In this document: positions 7,313-14,837 of the stretch, piece after piece | Position numbering within the stretch: the stretch's first letter is position 1 | Layout: each line of letters opens with the position of its first letter | NCBI GenBank assembly: GCA_902794945.1 | Contig: CADBJA010000019.1 | Location: forward strand, 1-19,063 | Source of the DNA: Oscillospiraceae bacterium | Lineage (GTDB): Bacteria; Bacillota; Clostridia; Oscillospirales; Acutalibacteraceae | Direction: 5' to 3' | DNA: 19,063 nt | Made by a program: the position numbers and the translations under genes | The notes under the pieces: model-generated | Database searches by the model: none | Told to the model about the DNA's origin: nothing | Seen by the model: the letters and a program-made list of their open reading frames with translations, nothing else

Positions 7313-8108
7313 AAAATCCTCCGCCTCCGTGCGAAGCACCGGATGACGATGAGTGTGTGGAAGAACCGCCGCTTGATTTGCTTTGAATTGCGGTTCTCGT
7401 TACCGATGTGGTTCGGAAATTATCGTAAGCACCGGTCACATTGAGTGAACCGTTTACCAAATAATCGGTTGCATTTGCTTTAAACCGAACCGGTTGATAC
7501 TTCTTTTTTATGATGCTACGCGCAATAAAGCCCGCAATAATACCGACAACCAGCGCAATACCGATACCGAGAGCATAATTTCTCTTTTTAGGCGCACTGT
7601 TAACATCTAACGGTGTGCCGGCATCGGCTTGAGCAACCAATTCCGATGATACATCGGCAAATTTGAGAAATGCCTCTTCCCATGCGCCGCTATCCATCAA
7701 ATCTACAAGTTGTGAGCCGACATACTGAATACCGTAATCGGTAAAACATTTAATGCCGTAGCCCCTTGTTGAAATCCAACGCTCGGTTGTATCGCCGTTA
7801 TCATACACAAGCAGTAATACACCGCTTCTGTCACCCTGTCTGCCGACACCGTAACCGTTGTAATCATAATAATCATCGGCATAGTCCTGCTTGCTTTTGC
7901 CTTGTAAATCGGTTGTTGTAACAATCACAAAGTCCATATTGGTATCATCACTCAGTTTTTGCAGTTTGACTTCTACCGTTTGCACCTCTTCGGCAGTTAA
8001 GAGCCCTGCTTCATCAACCACAAGCGGTTTTTCGGCTGCAAAAGAAGGGATGATACAAAGTGATAAAACGAGTAATAAAACAACACTAAACGAAATTATT
8101 TTTTTCAT
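7311..8108 (-). CDS. TPM-domain (YgcG/UPF0603, YdjH-like) membrane protein.
   Basis: A signal peptide (MKKIISFSVVLLLVLSLCIIPSFA) is followed by the TPM core (LVVDEAGLLTAEEVQ...MDFVIVTT), one TM helix and a Gly/Ser-rich tail ending in GGGGF. The start is placed at the ATG at 8108, preceded by AAGGAGG with a 9-nt spacer. This trims 13 codons from the tracked ORF. Confidence 0.8.
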   Translation of the reverse strand: MKKIISFSVVLLLVLSLCIIPSFAAEKPLVVDEAGLLTAEEVQTVEVKLQKLSDDTNMDFVIVTTTDLQGKSKQDYADDYYDYNGYGVGRQGDRSGVLLLVYDNGDTTERWISTRGYGIKCFTDYGIQYVGSQLVDLMDSGAWEEAFLKFADVSSELVAQADAGTPLDVNSAPKKRNYALGIGIALVVGIIAGFIARSIIKKKYQPVRFKANATDYLVNGSLNVTGAYDNFRTTSVTRTAIQSKSSGGSSTHSSSSGASHGGGGF

Positions 8109-8122
8109 ATTCATCCACCTCC

Positions 8123-9229
8123 TTATATAATGCCTAAGAGCATACATACGGCAAATGCCAAGGCACCGGCACCGGCAGCAACGCCGGCAAATAAGGCTGC
8201 AAGTTTGCCTTTATCAATCGGCAAATTGCCCACAAATTTACCGGTTTGCCCGTTCATGGCAAAGGTATACTTTTCGCCTTTATAATCGGTGTTTAAAATC
8301 CATACCGGGTACAAAGCGTATTTCGATACACCGTTAATCAGTTGTACGGAACTGAAACGCGGTGTCACGGTGGCATAGCCGTGCACGGTATCGCGCAGGG
8401 TATCTTCCGCCGAATGTTTAATGCGTTCATTCGCTCTCGGGATACTCTCTTCCATACCGACATCATATTTATCGGCAAGGTAGCCTGCAAGATAGGCGGT
8501 TTGGAAATCCACAGCATCCGCAAAATTAAACGGTTCAATGGATTCCATCAATTCATCCGGCATTTTGGTAGAACCGTCCACCGGGATGTTAGCAAAACTC
8601 ATATTGCCCTGACGGTAAATATCGTAAAAACTCGTTTCGGTATATTCATACTTACTGTCACGCCAAGTTCTCACCTGTGTACCTTCATACTGTACGGAAG
8701 CATTGATATTGGAATCAAACAGCCAAAACGGCACATAAATACCCTTGATTTCTTCTAAGCGATTTTCGCTTTTAAAGGCTTTGGGGGCAAACTTTTTATT
8801 GCTCGTATATTCTTTTAATTTCTCTTTTGCCTGTTTTTTATCGAGTTTAAACGGAATGACAAAATTCGGCTTTAATACACCGGATAATCTGCCGCTTAAA
8901 ACCGTATTATTACCGCAATACGGGCAGGTAGTTGCCGCCGTGTTTTCATCCGCCGCAATCTCGCCGCCGCAGGATTTGCAGACAAACACATTCATACCGG
9001 TATCATCCCACTGTTCATTTTGGGAAGAACCGTTCCAATTAAATTCATCCTCCGTCGGCATTTCGGGAGGCACATCACCCTGTTGCGTGTTTAACACATC
9101 ATCCTTTTGTTGCAGTTCGCTCACATCAAATGTACTGTCGCAAAAAGGGCATTTCATTTTTTGTGTTGCACTGTCAAACTCTAAAGTGCCGCCGCACGCA
9201 GGGCATTTATAATCTAAATTAACAGCCAT
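8123..9229 (-). CDS. Double zinc-ribbon protein with a C-terminal TM anchor (YdjG-like).
   Basis: Two CPxCGG...CPxC ribbons are present (CPACGGTLEF...CPFCDS and CKSCGGEI...CPYCGN). A roughly 200-aa domain of unknown function follows, then a C-terminal hydrophobic helix (LAALFAGVAAGAGALAFAVCMLLGII). An AAAGGAGA RBS is present. The stop abuts the RBS of the TPM gene. Confidence 0.6.
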   Translation of the reverse strand: MAVNLDYKCPACGGTLEFDSATQKMKCPFCDSTFDVSELQQKDDVLNTQQGDVPPEMPTEDEFNWNGSSQNEQWDDTGMNVFVCKSCGGEIAADENTAATTCPYCGNNTVLSGRLSGVLKPNFVIPFKLDKKQAKEKLKEYTSNKKFAPKAFKSENRLEEIKGIYVPFWLFDSNINASVQYEGTQVRTWRDSKYEYTETSFYDIYRQGNMSFANIPVDGSTKMPDELMESIEPFNFADAVDFQTAYLAGYLADKYDVGMEESIPRANERIKHSAEDTLRDTVHGYATVTPRFSSVQLINGVSKYALYPVWILNTDYKGEKYTFAMNGQTGKFVGNLPIDKGKLAALFAGVAAGAGALAFAVCMLLGII

Positions 9230-9258
9230 ACTTTTCTCCTTTTAACAAAAAAGATTCA

Positions 9259-10278
9259 TTATTGTTTGGGTGTGCCGCAATTTTGGCAGAAGTTTGTGGT
9301 ATTCATACTGCCGCAATTCGGACAAGTCCACTGTGCAGGTGCCTGCGGTTGCACCGGTTGTTGTGCATAGCCGCCTTGAGTCGGTTGTTGGTAACCACCC
9401 TGAACGGGTTGCTGCTGATAGCCACCCTGCAGGGGTTGCTGCTGTGCGTAGCCGCCTTGCATAGGTTGTTGCTGCTGATAGCCGCCCTGCATAGGTTGCT
9501 GCTGTGCGTAACCTCCTTGCATCGGCTGTTGCTGTGCATAACCGCCTTGCATCGGTTGTTGTTGCTGATAGCCACCTTGCATAGGTTGTTGATAGCCGTT
9601 ATTCATTTGGGTATAGCCGCCTTGCATCTGTCCGTTCATAGCGCCCATACCCATGGCAGCACCCATCGCACCGCCCATAGCGGCGCCGCCGCCAAAGGTT
9701 TGCACAATTTCATTTGCCATTTGTTCTAAGCGCCTGTACTCATCCGTATAGCGGGAATCGGGTCTGCCGAAAGAATCGGTCAAATCAAATTTGATTTCAC
9801 TGAAATACGGGCTGTTAACACCGATATAGACTTCAAATTCATAACTGCAATCGTACTGCGGCGGGCTATACGGACGCTCATTGCCTTGAGAATCGGTCAT
9901 AAAGCGTTCCGTTTTATCTTCATCAATCCTGTAATTGGCATTCGTTACCTGTGTAAAGTCGATTAAATCGGCATTTTCGGCACGGTAATCACTCTTTCTG
10001 CTCACGCAGAATTTGCGCTGATTATCATCAATATAAATTTTGGTGCCGTGACCGTAAACCCTTGTAGGATTAAAGAAGTTAATGTTTTGCTTATTCTGCT
10101 CTCTGTAAGCGAGTTGTTGTTGAATATCTGCCACGGTAGAGCGCTTTCTCTCACTGAATAAGGGAGAAAGTTTTTTGTTACAATCGGAACAAATCGTTCC
10201 GTCTTCTACTTTTCTTGCGCCGAGCAAACCTACTTTTTTGCCGCAAATGGCACATTCTTTTTTATCAAAAAGTCCCAT
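9259..10278 (-). CDS. DUF4428-like N-terminal zinc-ribbon protein with a Q/G/Y-rich decapeptide repeat region and a C-terminal zinc ribbon.
   Basis: From the ATG at 10278 (GGAGG upstream; an alternative start lies 3 nt earlier) the protein begins MGLFDKKECAICGKK...DGTICSDC. A Met/Gly/Ala-rich stretch follows. There are about ten PMQGGY(A/Q)QQQ repeats. The C-terminus reads WTCPNCG...FCQNCG. Confidence 0.65.
   Translation of the reverse strand: MGLFDKKECAICGKKVGLLGARKVEDGTICSDCNKKLSPLFSERKRSTVADIQQQLAYREQNKQNINFFNPTRVYGHGTKIYIDDNQRKFCVSRKSDYRAENADLIDFTQVTNANYRIDEDKTERFMTDSQGNERPYSPPQYDCSYEFEVYIGVNSPYFSEIKFDLTDSFGRPDSRYTDEYRRLEQMANEIVQTFGGGAAMGGAMGAAMGMGAMNGQMQGGYTQMNNGYQQPMQGGYQQQQPMQGGYAQQQPMQGGYAQQQPMQGGYQQQQPMQGGYAQQQPLQGGYQQQPVQGGYQQPTQGGYAQQPVQPQAPAQWTCPNCGSMNTTNFCQNCGTPKQ
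9320..9610. repeat. Imperfect tandem repeats of about 30 bp inside a CDS, encoding QGGYAQQQPM decapeptides.
   Basis: Units of the form cat(a/c)gg(t/c)tg(c/t)tgctg(t/c)gc(g/a)ta(g/a)cc(g/a)cc(t/c)tg recur about nine times. Confidence 0.8.
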
Positions 10279-10309
10279 CATTAACCTCCAAAAATAATAT
10301 AACACAAAG

Positions 10310-10332
10310 AAGGGTGCGGATAGGCACACCCT
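10310..10332 (-). terminator. Weak intra-operon hairpin, a possible attenuator.
   Basis: A perfect 7-bp stem (aagggtg pairing with caccctt) has an 8-nt loop. On the minus strand it is followed by a weak CUUUGUGUU tract between the SPFH and DUF4428 genes. Confidence 0.3.
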
Positions 10333-10341
10333 TCCCTATTT

Positions 10342-11697
10342 TTATTGAATATCGTTATTATCAAACGGGTCGCCGCACTCGGGGCAGAACTTAGGCGGGT
10401 TGTGCGGGTCGGCAGGAGTCCAACCGCATTTATCACATCTGAAAAGCGGGGCGCCTGCCGGCTTCGGTTTGCCGCAGTTTTGGCAGAATTTGCCTTGGTT
10501 GACGGCACCGCAATCACAAGTCCAACCGCCCGCTGCTGCCGGTTCCGGCTTCGGTTTGCCGCAATTCGGGCAGAATTTGCCGGTTGCCTGTGTACCGCAA
10601 GCGCAAGTCCACGCACCCTGTGCCGGTGCCGCAGGTTGCTGCGCCTGTTGCACGGGTTGTTGCGGTTGTTGTGCCTGTTGCTGTTGCCCCATAGCAAACA
10701 GATTTTGTGCATTCATGCCGCCCATACCGCCGGCATTCATCGCCATACCCATACCGATAAAGCCGTTCATGGCGCCGCCTTCGTTGGCAGCCGCGGCACG
10801 CATCGCATCTGCCTGTGCGCCAACGAGCGTTGCACCTGCCATGGTGGGGTCACGCATGATAGCCGTGCGCTGTGCCTGCTTAATCAGTTCTTGGTCTTCT
10901 TCCGGCAATGTAATCGGGTTAAGGGCGATGGAAACAACGGATAAACCGCGCAGTTGTGACCATTTTGCAGTTAACGCCTCATTCATGGCACCCTCTAACT
11001 CGGTAGAGTGTGTTACGATTTGGTTAGGACGAAGTTCCAACTCACTGAGTTTACCGAATGCCGGTTGCAATGCGCTGATAAATTCGGTTTTGAGTTGATT
11101 GTCAATCTCTTCTCTGCCGTAAGCCTGCTCCACATTACCGCAAACATTGGTATAGAAAAGGAGCGGGTCGGTGATTTTGTAAGAATACACACCGCTGCAG
11201 CGAATAGAAACATCAATGTCTAAGCCGATATTTCTGTCAACCACTCTAAAGGGAATGGGATTGGGTGTACCGAACTTATTGTCAATCAATTCTTTGGTGT
11301 TGAAATAGTAAACACGCTGGTCTTTAGCGGTATCACCGCCAAAGGTGAAACGCTTACCGATGGTTTTAAAGGTGTTTTTGATGCTCTCACCGAGAGAACC
11401 TGCAAACACGCTCGGCTCTGTGGAAGTATCATATGTAAACTCACCGGGTTCCGCACAAACTTCAACAATCTTACCCTGCTCAACAATAATCATACACTGA
11501 CCGTCTGCCACAGCGATAAGCGAGCCGTTTGTGATAATGTTATCGTTTCCCTTGGTGTTGGAAGAACGAGAACCGGTGCGCTTTTGCCCTTTCACGACAA
11601 GCACATCTTTTTCAAGTGAATCACAATAAAAATACTCTTTCCACTGGTCTGCCATAGTGCCGCCTAATGCGCCGACACCTGCTTTAATAAGTCCCAT
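10342..11697 (-). CDS. SPFH/Band_7_1-family protein (YdjI-like, annotated elsewhere as 'virion core protein') with three C-terminal zinc ribbons.
   Basis: The ATG at 11697 is preceded by AAAGGA with a 9-nt spacer. The tracked ORF begins at an upstream TTG. The product begins MGLIKAGVGALGG...KEYFYCDSL...VVKGQ, typical of Band_7_1. Next come a Met/Gly-rich segment (GMGMAMNAGGMGGMNAQ) and a Q-rich linker. Three ribbons follow: WTCACG...FCPNCG, WTCDCG...FCQNCG and FRCDKCG...FCPECG. Confidence 0.8.
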   Translation of the reverse strand: MGLIKAGVGALGGTMADQWKEYFYCDSLEKDVLVVKGQKRTGSRSSNTKGNDNIITNGSLIAVADGQCMIIVEQGKIVEVCAEPGEFTYDTSTEPSVFAGSLGESIKNTFKTIGKRFTFGGDTAKDQRVYYFNTKELIDNKFGTPNPIPFRVVDRNIGLDIDVSIRCSGVYSYKITDPLLFYTNVCGNVEQAYGREEIDNQLKTEFISALQPAFGKLSELELRPNQIVTHSTELEGAMNEALTAKWSQLRGLSVVSIALNPITLPEEDQELIKQAQRTAIMRDPTMAGATLVGAQADAMRAAAANEGGAMNGFIGMGMAMNAGGMGGMNAQNLFAMGQQQQAQQPQQPVQQAQQPAAPAQGAWTCACGTQATGKFCPNCGKPKPEPAAAGGWTCDCGAVNQGKFCQNCGKPKPAGAPLFRCDKCGWTPADPHNPPKFCPECGDPFDNNDIQ

Positions 11698-11803
11698 ACT
11701 ATCAAATCCTTTCAAAGTGATTTATTTTTTATTGTAAGTGAGCACGCCGGCTCAGCCGACACATTTCACATACTGTTAATTTTAGTAAAACGCAGCATTT
11801 AAC

Positions 11804-11851
11804 ATTCCAAATTCTACATTCTACATTTTACATTCTACATTTTACATTCCA
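11804..11851. repeat. Seven tandem heptamers of ATT(C/T)TAC, which read AATGTA(A/G) on the minus strand.
   Basis: The run attccaa attctac attctac attttac attctac attttac attccat sits between the stop of the 11852 gene and the promoter region of the SPFH cluster. Confidence 0.8.
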
Positions 11852-12349
11852 TTAAGCCCACGGGTTTTGACTTTCGGGTTCACGAATACCGGCAAGCAAA
11901 AACTGATCCCACAAATACCACTTACCGTCTTTCGCGAGCCTTAAAACAATTCCTCGCGGACTGTCGGCACCGCCGGATTTTAAAAACAACTTGGCATACC
12001 CCTCATTTTGGTAGGAATACGGGTTTTCACTCACGGTGAGGGTGAAAGGTTCGGCAGGCGTATAATCGTTTGCCGGGGTTGCGCCGTCAAAATACGAGCG
12101 CGGCACATAATCTTTATCACGAAAACGGTCACGAATGAACTGTTTTTCCATTTCACTCATCGGTCGCGGTCCGCGCAAAACGGAAAGCATTTGCAAACTC
12201 AAATCCGCATTTTTCGGATACACGCAAAACGCAAGTACCGTTAATGCCGCGGTATCAAACGGAGTTGCCATTGCCGCTTGCGGTAATGCACAAAATGCCT
12301 CCACCGATGACGGAACGGATGAAAATGTGATTTTTTTAACCTGATCCAT
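11852..12349 (-). CDS. Hypothetical protein of 165 aa.
   Basis: It is a clean ORF with a GGGGAGG RBS 6 nt upstream. It has no signal peptide and no TM segment, and I recognise no family. Confidence 0.5.
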   Translation of the reverse strand: MDQVKKITFSSVPSSVEAFCALPQAAMATPFDTAALTVLAFCVYPKNADLSLQMLSVLRGPRPMSEMEKQFIRDRFRDKDYVPRSYFDGATPANDYTPAEPFTLTVSENPYSYQNEGYAKLFLKSGGADSPRGIVLRLAKDGKWYLWDQFLLAGIREPESQNPWA

Positions 12350-12456
12350 ATATACCTCCCCTATGCTGTATTACTCTCATTATAACATATAATAATAAAA
12401 AAAATTATTGTCATTAATGCTAATTTTTTTATTCTATTTTTGTATTAAAAATCAAA

Positions 12457-12484
12457 AATCCCGGTTTCAGGTAAAACCGGGATT
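12457..12484 (-). terminator. Rho-independent terminator of the partner-switching operon.
   Basis: A perfect 11-bp stem (aatcccggttt pairing with aaaccgggatt) has a caggta loop. On the minus strand it is followed by UUUGAUUUUU, just after the stop codon at 12491. Confidence 0.7.
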
Positions 12485-12490
12485 CTAATA

Positions 12491-14524
12491 TTAGTCAATT
12501 TTCTTTTTGAGCGTAAGAATATTTTTATCATCCTTGCGATCGTAAGCAACATCATCCATAATCTTTTTGGTCATAAAGATGCCAAGCCCGCCGATTTGCC
12601 TTTCATCTGCCGGCAATGTAATATCGGGGTCTTTTTTGGCAAGAGGGTTATACGCAACGCCGCTATCCTCAAAAATAAGGGTGAGCACATCGTTTTCAAA
12701 ATGTGCCTTCACATCGGCATACCCGCTCCCCGGCTGATATGCATAATTTGCGATATTGACAAATATTTCTTCTACAGCCAAAGCGATTTGCATTTGTACT
12801 TTGAGCGAAACCTGCTTTTGTTCAAGGTAAGCGGATACAAAATCCGTCACCTCATCCAACTTATCATTATTCGCTTCAATGTGAAGAGTTTTTTCCATTT
12901 CCTGTGCTCCGTAATACTCGAGGCAAAGCATGGTAATATCATCAAATTGCGGCGCTTCGCCAACAAAATCATCCACCGTTTGCTTCACATGTTCTAAAAT
13001 TTGTTTAGGGGGTTGCTCACGCACTTCGTGCAGGGCGCGCAACATCCGCTCACAACCGAACAAGGTATCATTTTTATCGGTTGCTTCGGGTACGCCGTCG
13101 GTATATAAGAACAGTTTATCCCCTTTTTGCAGTTGAATAACGGATTGCGTGTAATGCACGCCTTCCATCGCGCCCACAACCAAACCGTGCTTTTGAATAC
13201 AAAGGTTGAAAGTATCACCTTTTCTGTAAATCACGGGGTCATCGTGCCCGGCGTTTACGCAAGTGATTTTACCGGTAGACAGTTCCAAAATACCAAACCA
13301 AATGGTCACAAACATATCTGCAGAATTATTAGAGCAAATTCTGTCGTTAACAAACTCAATAATCTCAGCCGGTGTACCGCCTGTGGTGGTGCATTTGATT
13401 TTAATCAACATTTTTGTCACCATCATAAACAGTGCCGCCGGAATCCCTTTGCCGGATACATCTGCCATCACCAGCGCAATGTGGTCATCATCAACCGCAA
13501 AGAAATCGTAAAAATCACCGCCGACTTCTTTTGCCGGTGTCATCGAGGCATAAATATCAAATTCCGTACGCTCGGGGTAAGCCGGAAAATCGCTCGGCAC
13601 GGCGCCCGCCTGAATTTTTGCCGCTACATCAAGTTCGGTGTCGATGCGCTGCTTTTCACTCAAAGCCGCCGTCATATCATCAAAATACTTTAAAGTATCC
13701 AACTCCATTTGAGAGATGGAAGTTGCAAGCGTTTTAATCTCATTAATTTTGCTGATATTTTGAAGCATATCGGTGTTGCTGATTTCGTTTTCACGAGCAA
13801 ACCTGTCTGCCTCTTGAGAAATTTTGTGAATCGGGTTTATAAACTGGCGTCTTAAATAGTTAATTGCCATATAAGAAACCAAAATAACCGTTAATAATAC
13901 CGATAGTGTTACCTGGGTGATGTACGGGGCTCTGCCTTCGCTGAGCACCGTCATCGGGCGCTGCACGCACATCAGTGCCGTGACATCGCCTTTTGCATTA
14001 TTAATGGCAAGAATAGAAGTGATGTGCGGCGGTGCACCGTCCAAATCTTTGGTGCGCATCACTTTTTCTCTATCGGTCTTTTTTAAATAGACCTGCTCGT
14101 ATTTTTGCGCATATTCTTCGTTTGTGGTATTTCTTCTGTAGCCGATTTCCCAAGGGGTATAGCCGGTATCTTTATTCACCGAGTTAAATACGGATGTGAA
14201 ATGCTTATAATCTTTATCGGGTTTAATGACATAAATGATGGAGACATCCATTTTATCACACAGTGTATCCATCCACTGTTGGGACTGGTCGTGCTCTTCC
14301 ATAAACTGCCCGTTCAAATAAGCATCAATATGATCTCCGTTTACAAGCGTGGCTGCGGTTTGCGCAATACCGTAGGTGACCTCGTCATACTCTTTTTCAA
14401 GAGACTTTGAAAAAGAAATATAGCCGATAATGGTCACAATCCAACTGAAAACAACCAACAATATAATCAGCGAACTGATAATATTGAAAGATAAACTGTT
14501 TCGCAGTGATTTAATAAATCTCAT
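12491..14524 (-). CDS. Transmembrane sensor fused to a PP2C (SpoIIE/RsbU-type) phosphatase and an RsbW-like GHKL anti-sigma kinase domain.
   Basis: TM1 (IISSLIILLVVFSWIVTIIGYI) is followed by a roughly 155-aa external domain, then TM2 (VTLSVLLTVILVSYMAINYL) and a HAMP-like linker. The PP2C motifs are GGDFYDF, DVSGKG and YTDGV. The C-terminal domain is HATPase_c-like, with the N-box AVEEIFVNIANYAY and the G-box GGLGIFMTKKIMD. Confidence 0.8.
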   Translation of the reverse strand: MRFIKSLRNSLSFNIISSLIILLVVFSWIVTIIGYISFSKSLEKEYDEVTYGIAQTAATLVNGDHIDAYLNGQFMEEHDQSQQWMDTLCDKMDVSIIYVIKPDKDYKHFTSVFNSVNKDTGYTPWEIGYRRNTTNEEYAQKYEQVYLKKTDREKVMRTKDLDGAPPHITSILAINNAKGDVTALMCVQRPMTVLSEGRAPYITQVTLSVLLTVILVSYMAINYLRRQFINPIHKISQEADRFARENEISNTDMLQNISKINEIKTLATSISQMELDTLKYFDDMTAALSEKQRIDTELDVAAKIQAGAVPSDFPAYPERTEFDIYASMTPAKEVGGDFYDFFAVDDDHIALVMADVSGKGIPAALFMMVTKMLIKIKCTTTGGTPAEIIEFVNDRICSNNSADMFVTIWFGILELSTGKITCVNAGHDDPVIYRKGDTFNLCIQKHGLVVGAMEGVHYTQSVIQLQKGDKLFLYTDGVPEATDKNDTLFGCERMLRALHEVREQPPKQILEHVKQTVDDFVGEAPQFDDITMLCLEYYGAQEMEKTLHIEANNDKLDEVTDFVSAYLEQKQVSLKVQMQIALAVEEIFVNIANYAYQPGSGYADVKAHFENDVLTLIFEDSGVAYNPLAKKDPDITLPADERQIGGLGIFMTKKIMDDVAYDRKDDKNILTLKKKID

Positions 14525-14528
14525 ACCA

Positions 14529-14825
14529 TTAACCTATGTTAATAATGTCGGAAAAGCCGGTAATTTCGAACACTTCCATTACATCGGCGCAAGTGTTAAT
14601 CACCTTCATACTCCCCTGTTGATTCATTAATTTTTGTGCTTTTAAGAACACTCTTAAACCGGCAGAAGAAGTGTAGGGCATTTCAGCCAAATCAAACACC
14701 AATTCTTCAATACCGTCGGTATTTTCAAAGAGTGCTTCTTCTAACTGCGGGGCAGAGTTTGTATCGAGTCTGCCAACAATTTTAATTAAGAGTTTGCTGC
14801 CGTCCTGTTCCTTAATAATATCCAT
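14529..14825 (-). CDS. STAS-domain anti-sigma-factor antagonist (SpoIIAA/RsbV-like).
   Basis: The 98-aa product carries the conserved motif TSSAGLRVFL with a phosphorylatable Ser. It lies 4 nt upstream of the sensor gene. Confidence 0.85.
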   Translation of the reverse strand: MDIIKEQDGSKLLIKIVGRLDTNSAPQLEEALFENTDGIEELVFDLAEMPYTSSAGLRVFLKAQKLMNQQGSMKVINTCADVMEVFEITGFSDIINIG

Positions 14826-14837
14826 AATGTACCTCCA

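Noticed and set aside
9262-11098. Antisense ORFs opposite the DUF4428 and SPFH genes (9262..9729, 9270..9464, 9303..9575, 10345..10944, 10400..11098, 10281..10712).
   Set aside because: They are low-complexity Leu/His/Arg- or Cys/Ala/Pro-rich translations of the complement of the Q/G-rich repeats. The sense-strand genes have RBSs and recognisable domains.
11698-11715. Longer N-termini implied by the tracked ORF starts (TTG at 11715 and 17824; ATG at 17414 and 8147).
   Set aside because: In each case an in-frame ATG with a properly spaced GGAGG/AAGGA RBS lies downstream and matches the family N-terminus. The upstream starts lack an RBS.
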